Of a stretch of DNA of 64,000 nt, positions 17,694 to 28,015 are shown in pieces (the first letter of the stretch is position 1; each line of letters starts with the position of its first letter). This stretch comes from an uncultured archaeon (lineage in GTDB: Archaea; Aenigmatarchaeota; Aenigmatarchaeia; QMZP01; JACQNV01). The stretch covers positions 32,001 through 96,000 of the forward strand of contig CAYPFW010000001.1 of the NCBI GenBank assembly GCA_964410585.1. Reading direction: 5' to 3'. The position numbers and the translations under genes were made by a program. Under the pieces are notes generated by a model that saw only the letters and a program-made list of their open reading frames with translations, was not told where the DNA came from and made no database searches.

Positions 17694-18371
17694 ATGAAAT
17701 TGGCAATACTATTTTCCGGTGGAAAAGACTCGATGATGACTGTATACAAAGCACTCAAAGAAGGCCATGAAGTGAAATACCTAATTTCCCTAATTTCAGA
17801 AAACCAAGCCTCCTACATGTTCCACTATCCAAATATCAATCTCACAAATGTTCAGGCAGATTTAGCTGGAATTCCCCTGATAACAAAAAAAACAAAGGGA
17901 GAGAAAGAAAAAGAGCTTGTTGATTTGAAAGAAGTTATTTCTTCTGTGAAAGGGATAGAAGGAATCGGTGCAGGCGCACTTGCGAGCAAGTACCAATATG
18001 ATAGAGTTGGAAAAATTTGCTCAGATCTTGGACTAAAAACCTATACACCATGTTGGCAAGAAGATGATGAAAAACATTGGGAAGAAATTTTAGATGCAGA
18101 TTTTGAGGTTATTATAACAGGCGTCGCAGCAGAAGGTTTTAGTAGTAAATGGCTAGGAAGGAAAATAGATGAAAACGCCCTTGAAGAATTGAAAAAATTA
18201 AAACAAAAATATAAAATCCATATGGGCTTGGAAGGTGGCGAAGGCGAAAGTTTTGTTTTAGATTGTCCCCTGTTCAAAAAGAAAATAGAAATTGTAGATT
18301 CAGAAAAAATAATAGAAAATGAGTGTACAGGCCACTTGGTTATTAAAAAAATAAAACTTGTTAACAAATAA
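17694..18371 (+). CDS. dph6: Diphthine--ammonia ligase family PP-loop ATPase
   Basis: FSGGKDS, SYMFH and EGGEGES motifs. Confidence 0.85.
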   Translation: MKLAILFSGGKDSMMTVYKALKEGHEVKYLISLISENQASYMFHYPNINLTNVQADLAGIPLITKKTKGEKEKELVDLKEVISSVKGIEGIGAGALASKYQYDRVGKICSDLGLKTYTPCWQEDDEKHWEEILDADFEVIITGVAAEGFSSKWLGRKIDENALEELKKLKQKYKIHMGLEGGEGESFVLDCPLFKKKIEIVDSEKIIENECTGHLVIKKIKLVNK

Positions 18372-18447
18372 TGGAAAACATACCAAAGACTCGGAAACCA
18401 TTTTCGATTTCCAAATCTTAAAATCGGTATAAAAAATTAAATTTAAA

Positions 18448-18527
18448 TGGAAGGCGTAAAAAATTTCCGAAGTGAACTGAGGAAATTTTTAGCCTCCGTT
18501 TTTGATTAACCTTTTGGCTAAAAGGTT
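18448..18527 (-). repeat. Intergenic element, modules C and A
   Basis: Module C (GGAGGC...GCCTTCCA read on minus) at 18448-18497, plus AACCTTTT-GGCT-AAAAGGTT hairpin. Confidence 0.8.
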
Positions 18528-18612
18528 ACTTTCGGTGCCTTTGTTTTTTCTTCCTTTTCTTTTGCTTGTGATGTTTCATTTTTTTTCGTCTTCTTTTCCT
18601 TAAGTTTGGCAT
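18526..18612 (-). CDS. 28-aa basic peptide, bS22/mS38 (AURKAIP1/COX24)-like
   Basis: MPNLRKRRRKKMKHHKQKKRKKKQRHRK with a GGAGGGTGA SD-like motif. Confidence 0.7.
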   Translation of the reverse strand: MPNLRKRRRKKMKHHKQKKRKKKQRHRK

Positions 18613-18770
18613 ATTAATTTTTCACCCTCCAATTTGTGAATCTTGAGGACTCACAATTATATTTCGCTAAACCACTTTATATTCCTTGTGTGCATATCTA
18701 TAGAATTAGACACTTTTTTGGAATACTGTCAGATTAATTCCTGTTTGAAAAATGTGTCAAGCGCCACAAT

Positions 18771-19682
18771 ATGATTTCATTTCCAAATTTGTTTAAACAA
18801 AGATACTCCAATCTTCCAGATTCAGAAAAGCTTTTTGAATTTTTAGAAAAGAGGCTTCCAAGATCTTTTAGAATAAATAGCCTCAAGGCAAACAAAAAAG
18901 AAGTTTTGGAAAATTTCAAAGAATATGGTATTGAGTTCGAACAATATCCATGGTATACAGATGCTTTCAAGACAAATGATCTAAGAATAGGAAACACAAT
19001 AGAACATTTCAATGGTTGGATATACATACAGGAAGCAACATCGATGCTGCCCCCGCTTATGCTAAAAAACTTTCTAGGTGAAAACAGCTATGTGTTAGAT
19101 GCGGCAGCTGCTCCTGGCTCAAAAACAACGCAGTTGGCTGACTTGATGAACAATAAAGGCTTCCTCCTAGCCAATGAAATAAGCTATAGTAGAACAAAGG
19201 CACTCAAATTTAACCTGGAAAAAATGGGTGTTTTGAACACAGTTTTGACAAACTACAATTTCAAAAGTTTCCCGGAAAAAGTCCAATTTGATTGCATACT
19301 TGTAGATGCGCCTTGTTCATCTGAGGGCACTTTGAGGAAGGATCCAAACATAATTTCTACTTGGTCAATAAAAAGGGTTTTGGAAAACTCTAAGCTCCAA
19401 AAGAAAATGTTGCTAAAAGGTTTCAATCTGCTAAAACCAGGAGGTTGTCTTGTTTATTCCACATGTACTTTTGCGCCAGAGGAAAACGAGGAAGTTGTTG
19501 ATTTCCTTTTGCAAAACACAGATGCAAAGTTGGAGAAAATAAACATAGAGAATTTCAAATTGTCTGAAGGAATAGAGGAATGGGAAAATAAGAAGTTTTC
19601 ATCAGAAGTAAAAAACTGTTCAAGAGTTTGGCCACAAAACAACGATACAGATGGGTTCTTTTTGGCCAAAATAAGGAAGTAA
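18771..19682 (+). CDS. NOL1/NOP2/RsmF-family m5C RNA methyltransferase
   Basis: AAAPGSKT, DAPCS, YSTCT and DGFF motifs. Confidence 0.92.
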   Translation: MISFPNLFKQRYSNLPDSEKLFEFLEKRLPRSFRINSLKANKKEVLENFKEYGIEFEQYPWYTDAFKTNDLRIGNTIEHFNGWIYIQEATSMLPPLMLKNFLGENSYVLDAAAAPGSKTTQLADLMNNKGFLLANEISYSRTKALKFNLEKMGVLNTVLTNYNFKSFPEKVQFDCILVDAPCSSEGTLRKDPNIISTWSIKRVLENSKLQKKMLLKGFNLLKPGGCLVYSTCTFAPEENEEVVDFLLQNTDAKLEKINIENFKLSEGIEEWENKKFSSEVKNCSRVWPQNNDTDGFFLAKIRK

Positions 19683-19683
19683 T

Positions 19684-20139
19684 ATGTTTGAATTAGTATC
19701 AAAAAGACAAAGGGAAGAAATATTAGGAGACATAGAGTCAAGGTTTGGAATTAGCAAAAATGTTTTCGAAGATTTCTTCCTTTTCAAAGGAACAAAAGGC
19801 AGGATTTTTATAACATCGAAAATTCCCCAAGAATCGCTTGGATATTACATACAAACATTGGGCCAATTGTTCTGCCGTTTAGATGCAACTGTAAAACCTT
19901 CAACAAACATGATCCAAATTTTTGGTAAATTTGCCACAAAAAATGTTTTGGAATTAAAAAAAGAAGATGCTCAAAAAGCAATCAGTGGCTTTGACTTTGA
20001 AATAAAAAATTCAGAGTGTTCTGATGGTTATGTGATTTTGAAATACAAGAACTTTTTCTTGGGTTGTGGTCTTCTTAAAAACTGCCAAGTGAAAACCATG
20101 ATACCAAAGGCCAAAAGAATAAAAGTAGATTTGCTTTAG
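19684..20139 (+). CDS. NIP7/RsmF C-terminal PUA-like protein
   Basis: Follows the methyltransferase directly; GYVILKY...LGCG PUA-like end. Confidence 0.7.
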   Translation: MFELVSKRQREEILGDIESRFGISKNVFEDFFLFKGTKGRIFITSKIPQESLGYYIQTLGQLFCRLDATVKPSTNMIQIFGKFATKNVLELKKEDAQKAISGFDFEIKNSECSDGYVILKYKNFFLGCGLLKNCQVKTMIPKAKRIKVDLL

Positions 20140-20681
20140 GCTGCTGCAGACTCATTTTCCTCAGATCCTAAAACCCATTCTCTTGGAATCGCACCTAAGT
20201 ATGCCACTGTTCCATTGACATTTAACAAACTATGTAATGGTGTTCGGAAAACATTATCCTCATCAAACATAAGCCTTTTTATGTCCATTTCATCTGTTCT
20301 AATTTCAATTCTTCTTTCATATCCTTCTCGACCTCTATCATGGTCTACATGTCTTGTTAAATATACACCAGGAACCAAACTCTTTCCTGCTTTCTCCCAC
20401 ACTCTTTTCACACTTGGGTCTGTCGACATTCTTACACCTTCAGCAGCTATTCTTTGTGATTTATCTGATGCTGTATGATGGTACAAAACATCTGGAAAAA
20501 TAAGTTGGTCACCGATTAATTCCTCTGCTCTTCCTATCATATCCTCACACTTCCTAATATAGTCTTTTATTGCTTTTTGTACAGGAGGATATGTGTTTAG
20601 TCTAAGATCTCTTTTAACAACTTCAAAATTTCTTCTAAGCTTTTCTAAGTATTCCCAGTTAATAACAACTATTCTGCCCAT
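20136..20681 (-). CDS. Hypothetical protein with an ART/KptA-like domain
   Basis: LYHHT...IAAEG...GVYLT...YLGAIPREWV. Confidence 0.5.
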   Translation of the reverse strand: MGRIVVINWEYLEKLRRNFEVVKRDLRLNTYPPVQKAIKDYIRKCEDMIGRAEELIGDQLIFPDVLYHHTASDKSQRIAAEGVRMSTDPSVKRVWEKAGKSLVPGVYLTRHVDHDRGREGYERRIEIRTDEMDIKRLMFDEDNVFRTPLHSLLNVNGTVAYLGAIPREWVLGSEENESAAA

Positions 20682-20779
20682 AATCTAAATCCATCTAATC
20701 CACATACTGTGGATTTAGAGCTGTAAGGCATTAAACAATCTATACTTGCCTTACACTAATCCAAAAATAGAAAAATAGT

Positions 20780-23347
20780 CTATTTAAGCTTTTTGTATAT
20801 TGATTTCCCCAAGTAAAAGGCAGCTAAAACAACAGCTATCAATCCCAGAACAGGCAAAAATTCATATGGTTTTTTGGCACCTTGTATTTCATTCTTTTTT
20901 ACATTCACAGGTACCTCTACAGTGTCTACTACTTGATTTTCATCAATTATACTAAACTTCAATATACCTCCGTACAAAACTTTTTCATCTGAACCAACTG
21001 ACAAACCAGATATAGGACTCAATATCAAGGTATCTTGTATATTTTCAAAACCAAAAGAAGAAATTTGGTTCACATCAAGATTGGATATTTGTGAATTTGA
21101 GATTGTTAGGAAGCCCCTAAGGCTTTCGCTTACTTCTATTTTTACATCATCTATGGTGCAGGTCCCTGTGTTTTTTATCTCGCCTTTATCTATATCAACT
21201 GAAATTTGATATTTGCATGTTTTGTTTTCTGTGATGTTTGATTTTTGGTTTGTTGATTCCTCTGATGATTCGAAGGTGGATATAGGGATGACTATACTTA
21301 TTGGTTTTTTGGTTGATGAAGAGCCACTGGAAGAGGATACTCCTCCACTGCCAGAAGAGCCTCCGCCCGAAGAGCTGCTCGAGGGCGTTGAATCGCCAAA
21401 AACACCATATGTACTGAAATGTGTTGTGTTTCCAGTAACATAGTTTCCAGTTGTGTTTACAGTTGATGGGATCTCTGTCCACGTGTTTGATGTCTCATTG
21501 AAGAAATGTATTTTCAAAGTGCTTTCATCTAAACCCGAATTTGCTATCTCAGTATCATTGTAGTATATTGTTATCGTCGCCGAGCTAATGTTGTTGTTCA
21601 GGGAAGAATCAGAAACTATGTCTATGTATTTTCCGAGCTCTGTTTTGGTGTTTTGGTTTTTGATATTCTGAGTGTATTCAACAATTGAAACAGAAATATT
21701 TTCCAAGTTTTCTTTTGTTTTTATATCTAGAACAGAGCTAGAGGAATTTTTTGCATCTATCCTTAAAGTCTCGTTCTTGACAAACTTCAAACTTGAATTA
21801 AGGAAAGAGCCTTTTGTAGAATCAATAAGTGAGATAAGTTGCCTTTGGTTCAAGTTTTCGCCGTATGGGCTCTGTATTTCTACATCAATATAGTACAGTC
21901 CCGACCCTATACCAGAGCTATTCCATTTCCCACTAAACAGGCCTGTTGAATTATCCAAGCTCAGATTGATTGTTGAAATTGTGGTTGAATTATAGTATTT
22001 CACATAAGCTGTTGCATTGGAAACAAGCGAGGGGTTTGTCAAATTAAGTGTGATGTTTACCAAATCTCCAGGAGAAGCTTTTTGTGTTTTGTCTATCTGA
22101 CTTAAAGTAGGGGCAAGTTTGGTGTAATTAACAAAAATAAATTTCAGCAAAGGTGTGTTGGTTGTATTTGATGTTAGGTTGGCACCAAACCTTATTTTTT
22201 TGGAAGCTGTTTTTGAAAGATCAAAACTGTTCAAACTTGTCCAAGTTGACCCAGAATCAATTGAATATGAATAGAATATATTTTGTTCATGTAGTTCTTG
22301 ACCAAAAACAAACTTATCCCAAGATTTCAAATTCTGAATTTCCAAATCTTTTGTCTCCAAAAAACCAGAAGACGGATATGTTGTGTTGGTCAAATTGTAG
22401 TAGGAAATATTTTGAAAGCTCGCATTGATGTAGTTGATTTTAACATCTTTTGTTGAGTTTAGGCTAAATTGTTTTCTTGGAGCTTCCACTCCAGACAAAT
22501 TCAAAGAGAACCAACCTTCTGATCCTGTATATTGTATTGTGCCATATGATTTTGAACAGTCATAAAACCTGCAAACAGAAACATTAGATGCTGTGTTACC
22601 TTCCAAATAAAAATTAAGTGTATAATCATTTTCCAAACTCCCATTAAAGAAAATGTTGAAAAACTTATTTTTCTGTATCTCAAATTTATCAGAGTCAAAT
22701 ATTCCTATTTTCTCTGTTTTGTCAGACGGATTATAATATGCACCTACAAGAGTTTGCGAGCTGTTCACATGGTCTATGTTTATTTCTTTTGATGAAACAA
22801 TTGTTAGGAACTTTGTCGGCTCTGGAAGGTTTTGTATTGTTATGTTGTGGTATCCTTCACCGCTTCCTGAATATGTTGTGCTTCCATACTCAGAGCTTGT
22901 GCAGTATGATCCCGATTCACACAAAGATATGTTTGATGCAGACCCCGATTTTATGTATATTGATATACTATCCCCGTTTGCTATGTTTCCGCTGAAAACC
23001 AAATCTAAATATTTTTCTTTTTCCAAGTCAAGCCTATTGTTGTCAAAGCTTTGAATTTTGTCTAGCTTATTTTCAGGATCATGAAGTCCTCTTGTCAAGT
23101 TGGGGTGTTTGAAAGAAATATTTGTATATTGTGTTGTTGTGGTGTTTGGTTTCAAGGAAACATTGGTTTGTGAAAATGAGATTAGATTTGAATCATATAT
23201 GTATTCGGAGGAATTAGAAAATGTCCAATTTTTGTATCCTATAGATTCTCCAGACACTAAAAAACCAGTCAACTGGAATCCAAAGGTGGCTATAAATGAT
23301 AAAATAAGAATACCTAAAACCGAAAAAAATAGAGCCTCTCTTTCCAT
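20780..23347 (-). CDS. Large membrane-anchored surface glycoprotein
   Basis: N- and C-terminal TMs, many NxS/T sequons, LDESTL...THFSTYGV domain, Ser/Gly linker; start reassigned to ATG 23347. Confidence 0.8.
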   Translation of the reverse strand: MEREALFFSVLGILILSFIATFGFQLTGFLVSGESIGYKNWTFSNSSEYIYDSNLISFSQTNVSLKPNTTTTQYTNISFKHPNLTRGLHDPENKLDKIQSFDNNRLDLEKEKYLDLVFSGNIANGDSISIYIKSGSASNISLCESGSYCTSSEYGSTTYSGSGEGYHNITIQNLPEPTKFLTIVSSKEINIDHVNSSQTLVGAYYNPSDKTEKIGIFDSDKFEIQKNKFFNIFFNGSLENDYTLNFYLEGNTASNVSVCRFYDCSKSYGTIQYTGSEGWFSLNLSGVEAPRKQFSLNSTKDVKINYINASFQNISYYNLTNTTYPSSGFLETKDLEIQNLKSWDKFVFGQELHEQNIFYSYSIDSGSTWTSLNSFDLSKTASKKIRFGANLTSNTTNTPLLKFIFVNYTKLAPTLSQIDKTQKASPGDLVNITLNLTNPSLVSNATAYVKYYNSTTISTINLSLDNSTGLFSGKWNSSGIGSGLYYIDVEIQSPYGENLNQRQLISLIDSTKGSFLNSSLKFVKNETLRIDAKNSSSSVLDIKTKENLENISVSIVEYTQNIKNQNTKTELGKYIDIVSDSSLNNNISSATITIYYNDTEIANSGLDESTLKIHFFNETSNTWTEIPSTVNTTGNYVTGNTTHFSTYGVFGDSTPSSSSSGGGSSGSGGVSSSSGSSSTKKPISIVIPISTFESSEESTNQKSNITENKTCKYQISVDIDKGEIKNTGTCTIDDVKIEVSESLRGFLTISNSQISNLDVNQISSFGFENIQDTLILSPISGLSVGSDEKVLYGGILKFSIIDENQVVDTVEVPVNVKKNEIQGAKKPYEFLPVLGLIAVVLAAFYLGKSIYKKLK

Positions 23348-23381
23348 AAATAATATATTGATGATAAAGCTTATGAATAGA

Positions 23382-24722
23382 TTAAACAATTTCTCCCCAA
23401 CCAATGAGTCTCCATCTCCCGTTTATCTGTCTAGAAATAGCTACTCTATCACCTTTATCTGCGCAAACAGGGAGCTTCAAATCTAAATCTATTTTATTTT
23501 TAACAGAATATACAACACCAACTGTCCTCGAAGTTCCAACTGTAAGCATCAACGACTCGCCTGGTATAATTGGTGTTATGTTTAATTCTTCCTTTGTTCC
23601 AACAATCCTTTTCAGTATGCTTGTTTTCAAAACAATTTGATCTAAAACAGGAGGAAGCTTACCAACATGCCCAACAACATTTCCAGAAAGCCTGTCTGCT
23701 TTTGTTAAAGATGGATCTAACTCTGTTTGTATTCCAAGCAAGCCACCTGGTCCTGCTTTTTCAAGAATTTTCCCACCTTTATGTAAAGCAATTATTTTTG
23801 TTTTTATTGGCTCATACTTTCCCTTTATATCAATACCAGGCCTTATTTCAATTTCATCCCCATCCTTGAACTCTCCTTGAACCAATGAACCTCCCAAAAT
23901 ACCGCCAGATAATTTTGATATTTCTGTGCCGGGCTTGTTTATATCAAACGATCTAGCAACCAACATTTTTGGGTCTTTTGATGGATCCCTCTGCGGAGTT
24001 GGTATTGTTTGGTTTATTGTATCAATAAGAAGGTCTATGTTAACTCTTTGTTGAGCAGAGACAGGAACAATTGGAGCATTTTCAGCAACAGACCCTTTCA
24101 AAAAGTTTTTTATTTTTTGGTAATTTTCCATTGCTTTTTCTGGTGTGACTAAGTCTATTTTGTTTTGGACAACAACAATTTTTCTTATTCCAGAAATATC
24201 TAAAACAGATAAATGCTCGGCTGTTTGTGGTTGTGGGCATTCTTCATTTGCAGCAATCACCAAAAGCGCGCCATCGACAATTGATACGCCTGACAAAACA
24301 GTAGCCATCAGCGTCTCGTGTCCTGGAGCGTCTACAAGAGAAATTGTTCTTAAAATTTCACAGTCTGAAAAACACTTTGAACATTTTTGAGTTGTTCCTG
24401 ACAAGCCGCATTTTGTGCATTTGTAGAAGGAGATATCTGCATATCCTAGTTTGATTGTAATGCCTCTCTTCATTTCCTCAGAATGTGTGTCTGTCCACTT
24501 GCCTGTAAGAGCCTGCGTTAATGTGGTTTTTCCGTGGTCTACGTGTCCTGTTGTTACGATGCTTATTTCAGGAATTAGTTTTGAATCATCTATATTTTTT
24601 TGGACAGGTTTTTCATCTTTAACAGTGGGCTTGGAGCTTTTTGGTCGTTGTTTTTTTACAGAATCATCTGCTTCTGCAACCTTCTCTGCTTTAATCGCAA
24701 CTTTTTTTGGTATGATAATCAC
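23382..24722 (-). CDS. eif2g: Translation initiation factor 2 gamma subunit
   Basis: [38 protein letters not shown] and WRLIGWG motifs. Confidence 0.95.
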   Translation of the reverse strand: MIIIPKKVAIKAEKVAEADDSVKKQRPKSSKPTVKDEKPVQKNIDDSKLIPEISIVTTGHVDHGKTTLTQALTGKWTDTHSEEMKRGITIKLGYADISFYKCTKCGLSGTTQKCSKCFSDCEILRTISLVDAPGHETLMATVLSGVSIVDGALLVIAANEECPQPQTAEHLSVLDISGIRKIVVVQNKIDLVTPEKAMENYQKIKNFLKGSVAENAPIVPVSAQQRVNIDLLIDTINQTIPTPQRDPSKDPKMLVARSFDINKPGTEISKLSGGILGGSLVQGEFKDGDEIEIRPGIDIKGKYEPIKTKIIALHKGGKILEKAGPGGLLGIQTELDPSLTKADRLSGNVVGHVGKLPPVLDQIVLKTSILKRIVGTKEELNITPIIPGESLMLTVGTSRTVGVVYSVKNKIDLDLKLPVCADKGDRVAISRQINGRWRLIGWGEIV

Positions 24723-24757
24723 CTATAATATGCAATATTCAGGAAATCTATATATCA

Positions 24758-25195
24758 CTATTCTTTTGTTTCAGCTGCGGGTTTTTCAGTCTTCTCTTCT
24801 TTTTTCTTAGGCTCTTTTGGTGTTACGCCCAAAGTTTCTTCAACTGATTTTGGTCCGTATTTTATGACCTTTGCATTTATCTGAGAAACTGCAGTTGATA
24901 TTGTATTTCCTCTGACTGATTTTCTTTTTCTTAATCCTTTGACCTTGTCTTTCATTCCAAGGCCTCTGATAACCAAGGCTCTCTTCCTGTTTACACCATC
25001 AATATCACTTCGCATTGGAAATCCATCTTTGTCTGAGCCGCCTGTTAATTCCAATTCAAAACCAGCAAGCCCCAGAGGTTCTCCAGGAACTTTGTCGCCT
25101 AATTTTTTTCCAATTAAACCAGAAGCCTTTTCGTCCACTTCTTTCTGGTATGCTCTTCTAGTTTTCGGGTCTGAAACCACTAACTTAAATGCCAT
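24758..25195 (-). CDS. rps6e: Ribosomal protein S6e
   Basis: TGGSDKDGFPM and RKRKSVRG motifs; GGAGG SD. Confidence 0.95.
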   Translation of the reverse strand: MAFKLVVSDPKTRRAYQKEVDEKASGLIGKKLGDKVPGEPLGLAGFELELTGGSDKDGFPMRSDIDGVNRKRALVIRGLGMKDKVKGLRKRKSVRGNTISTAVSQINAKVIKYGPKSVEETLGVTPKEPKKKEEKTEKPAAETKE

Positions 25196-25252
25196 AAATT
25201 TTCCTCCACCCAGTTCTTTATATTCACCGATTTCCCTTGTATATCGTTTTTC

Positions 25253-25295
25253 TTTGGGTACGGTATACTTTCTTTTTTGAAAAAGAAAGGATAGC
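25253..25295 (+). repeat. Intergenic element, family B (variant)
   Basis: TTTGGGTACGGTA followed by a CTTTCTTTT/AAAAGAAAG hairpin ending in TAGC. Confidence 0.6.
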
Positions 25296-25362
25296 AGCCG
25301 GGTAAATAAACGCCTCTATTAGAGACGAATAGTAACTATAGAATAAGGTTATTTAAAAGCTA

Positions 25363-25782
25363 TTAATTGTAAACTGGATCTTCTACTGGATCTTCAGCAG
25401 CTTTTGCTACGTCAGAAAAAATTGCTTCTTGCCTTAATTTTCTATCTCTTGCTTTATCAACTGTCTTAACGCCATCTTCAACTCTCAAATATCTTTGTGT
25501 GACAACAGAACCATTTGATGGTTTATATCCTTTAGCAGATCTAGGCTCGCCTTCAACTGGTCCCGGCCTTCTCAAATCAATAATATAAACACGTACATCA
25601 GGACCGTGGCCAGATGGAACAGAAACTGAGGTTTCCATTCCATAAGCGCTAGATAAAAGTCGTCTAATATGTCTTCCGTTCCTTTCTCTTTGCTGATCTT
25701 CAATTTTACCAAAATCAAATCCAGTAATTCCTTTAAATCTTTCGTTTGCTCTTTCAGTCATTTGGTATATTATTCTTGGCAT
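25363..25782 (-). CDS. Hypothetical protein
   Basis: 139-aa ATG ORF with GAGG SD and TATA-like box. Confidence 0.6.
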   Translation of the reverse strand: MPRIIYQMTERANERFKGITGFDFGKIEDQQRERNGRHIRRLLSSAYGMETSVSVPSGHGPDVRVYIIDLRRPGPVEGEPRSAKGYKPSNGSVVTQRYLRVEDGVKTVDKARDRKLRQEAIFSDVAKAAEDPVEDPVYN

Positions 25783-25995
25783 AAGGTATCCTCGCTATGC
25801 TTATGCAATTGGTGCCTAGGCTTTAAATACTTTAGTGTTTTGTAAGGTTTTTGGAGAAAAAACATACATTCGGATAAGCATTTAGAAAAAATAGCCAAAA
25901 ATAAAAATAGTTTGAGGCAAAATTGACAAAAACGTAGAATTTGAAAAAAATATTATCAGAAGAATTTTTATAAGCAAGCACATACTTCTAATTAT

Positions 25996-27936
25996 ATGGG
26001 GGTAATCAAGGGAAACGCTGCTCTGGAATATCTTCTTGTTGTAGCATTTGTGCTTGTTCTTGTAGTTGTTCTTACACCAATCTTCCTTCAAAACGCTTCT
26101 AATCCTCCAAGTCCTTCACTAAATTATTCTCAAGTTACAACGCTAACTCCAGGTGGTAGTCAAGGTGAAACACAAAGTAATCAACCAACGGAAGGAAGCC
26201 TTGTCCTTTCAATCACAGATGATAAAGTAGAAGGGCTGTCTGAATTAAATGTAGAAATAGAAAATGTAGAAATCCACAAAGATGGAAAGTGGATTAGTTT
26301 TGAACCAGCAAAAAAGAAATTCGAGCTTCTAAGCCTAGCTGATGCAGCTGAGGTTATTGGAAACAAAAATTTAGAGCCTGGAAAATACACACAAATAAGA
26401 TTCCAGGTTGTATCTTCTGATTTAAAACTGTATGACGGAACAACTTCTTCTGTAAAAGTTCCAAGCAATGAAATAAAATTGGTGAGCGAATTTGATGTTG
26501 AAGCAGGAAAAACAACTTATCTGTATCTTGATTTCAAACCAGAGAGTGTGATAAAAGCAGGCAAGCAATACATCTTGCAGCCTGTGATAAAAGTTCGTGC
26601 TTTGAGCGAGTTTAAGGAAGATCTTTGTGCAGGCAGATCTGTATCTTGCGATGATTCAAATCCGTGTACAACAGACTCCTGTGATGCAGGATTTTGTGGA
26701 TACAAACCAGAACCAGACGGAACAAGTTGTGGGACAGGTCTTATATGCAGAGGAGGCAACTGTGTTTCAGAAACTCAAGCATCTTGTTCAAACCTCAGCT
26801 TCACTCCTATAGACCAAAAAATAATTTTCGGAAACAATTATCCTGCATGGAAGGGTACTACAGTTTTAGCTGATTTTAATAATGATACTTACTTAGACAT
26901 AGTTCAGGGAGCTATCACAAGCAATGAGTCATATCCTTGGCTCCCAGGATATTTCTATATGAAGGCTAAAGTTTTGTTTGGCGATGGGAAAGGAAATTTT
27001 GCTGACTCTGGTCAGTTTTTAGGAAGAGGTGTTGCCTGGTCTTCTGTTGGTGATGTTGATGCAGACGGAGACAAAGATATCCTTACAGGTGATTGGGGTG
27101 GAGATATTGGAATGAGAGTCTTCCTAAACGATGGGAAGGGATTTTTCACTGATTCAGGCCAGAAACTTGGTTACAACTATGTTGAGTATTTCCCAAAGCT
27201 TGTTGATTTAGACAGTGATGAGGATTTAGATATCTATTCTCCATTATGGCCTTCTCGCAGTCCCCAAAGCCACATATTTTTGAACGATGGTAAAGGAATT
27301 TTCACAGAATACAAAGAATCTGGATTAAATATACCAGGTTGGGGAGTATACTCTGGTTATGCTGTTTTCGATGTTGACAAAGACAACGACAATGATATTG
27401 TAGAAGTGTCTTGGAATGGTTCAACAATGAATACTAGAATATTGAAAAACAATGGCAAGGCACAATTTACAGTTTCACAAGACATGAAAGATGTTGGTGG
27501 TGCAGTTGGTCCAGCAGACTTTGACAGGGATGGAGACATGGATTTCATGGCAAGCTCTCTTTTCAAAAACAATGGAAGTGGAAACTTTACTCCACAGGCT
27601 TCTCCCGGAACTCCATACTATTCTCAACAATACTATGATCCATACTACTATCTAGCTGTTGGAGATTTAGACAAAAAAAATGGTGCAGATTTCATGCTTG
27701 ATTATTTCCCAACAGTGATGCTGAACAATGGAGATGCAACTTTCTTCAGGTGTGGTTTGGGTGACCTTTACAAAAATAATTATGAGACAAAGACCTACTA
27801 TTCTTTCTATCCTTATGAAATAGGCGACATCGATGGTGACGGTGACATTGATATGGTTGGCCCATCTTATTCTGGTGGCTATTCTTATGACAGCAACCTA
27901 ACTTTGAGTGTAGCTATAAACAATATGGTAAAGTAG
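25996..27936 (+). CDS. Class III signal peptide + DUF4382-like + FG-GAP/VCBS repeat protein
   Basis: KG|NAALEY pilin-type cleavage site, LVLSITD...GKYTQIR domain, CDDSNPCTTDSC, repeated DxDxDGDxD. Confidence 0.8.
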   Translation: MGVIKGNAALEYLLVVAFVLVLVVVLTPIFLQNASNPPSPSLNYSQVTTLTPGGSQGETQSNQPTEGSLVLSITDDKVEGLSELNVEIENVEIHKDGKWISFEPAKKKFELLSLADAAEVIGNKNLEPGKYTQIRFQVVSSDLKLYDGTTSSVKVPSNEIKLVSEFDVEAGKTTYLYLDFKPESVIKAGKQYILQPVIKVRALSEFKEDLCAGRSVSCDDSNPCTTDSCDAGFCGYKPEPDGTSCGTGLICRGGNCVSETQASCSNLSFTPIDQKIIFGNNYPAWKGTTVLADFNNDTYLDIVQGAITSNESYPWLPGYFYMKAKVLFGDGKGNFADSGQFLGRGVAWSSVGDVDADGDKDILTGDWGGDIGMRVFLNDGKGFFTDSGQKLGYNYVEYFPKLVDLDSDEDLDIYSPLWPSRSPQSHIFLNDGKGIFTEYKESGLNIPGWGVYSGYAVFDVDKDNDNDIVEVSWNGSTMNTRILKNNGKAQFTVSQDMKDVGGAVGPADFDRDGDMDFMASSLFKNNGSGNFTPQASPGTPYYSQQYYDPYYYLAVGDLDKKNGADFMLDYFPTVMLNNGDATFFRCGLGDLYKNNYETKTYYSFYPYEIGDIDGDGDIDMVGPSYSGGYSYDSNLTLSVAINNMVK

Positions 27937-28015
27937 TTTTTTGGGTACATATTGTCTAATAACAAAAATGTTATAGATATAACTTAAGTGTTATGATGTT
28001 GCTTAAAAATCTTAT

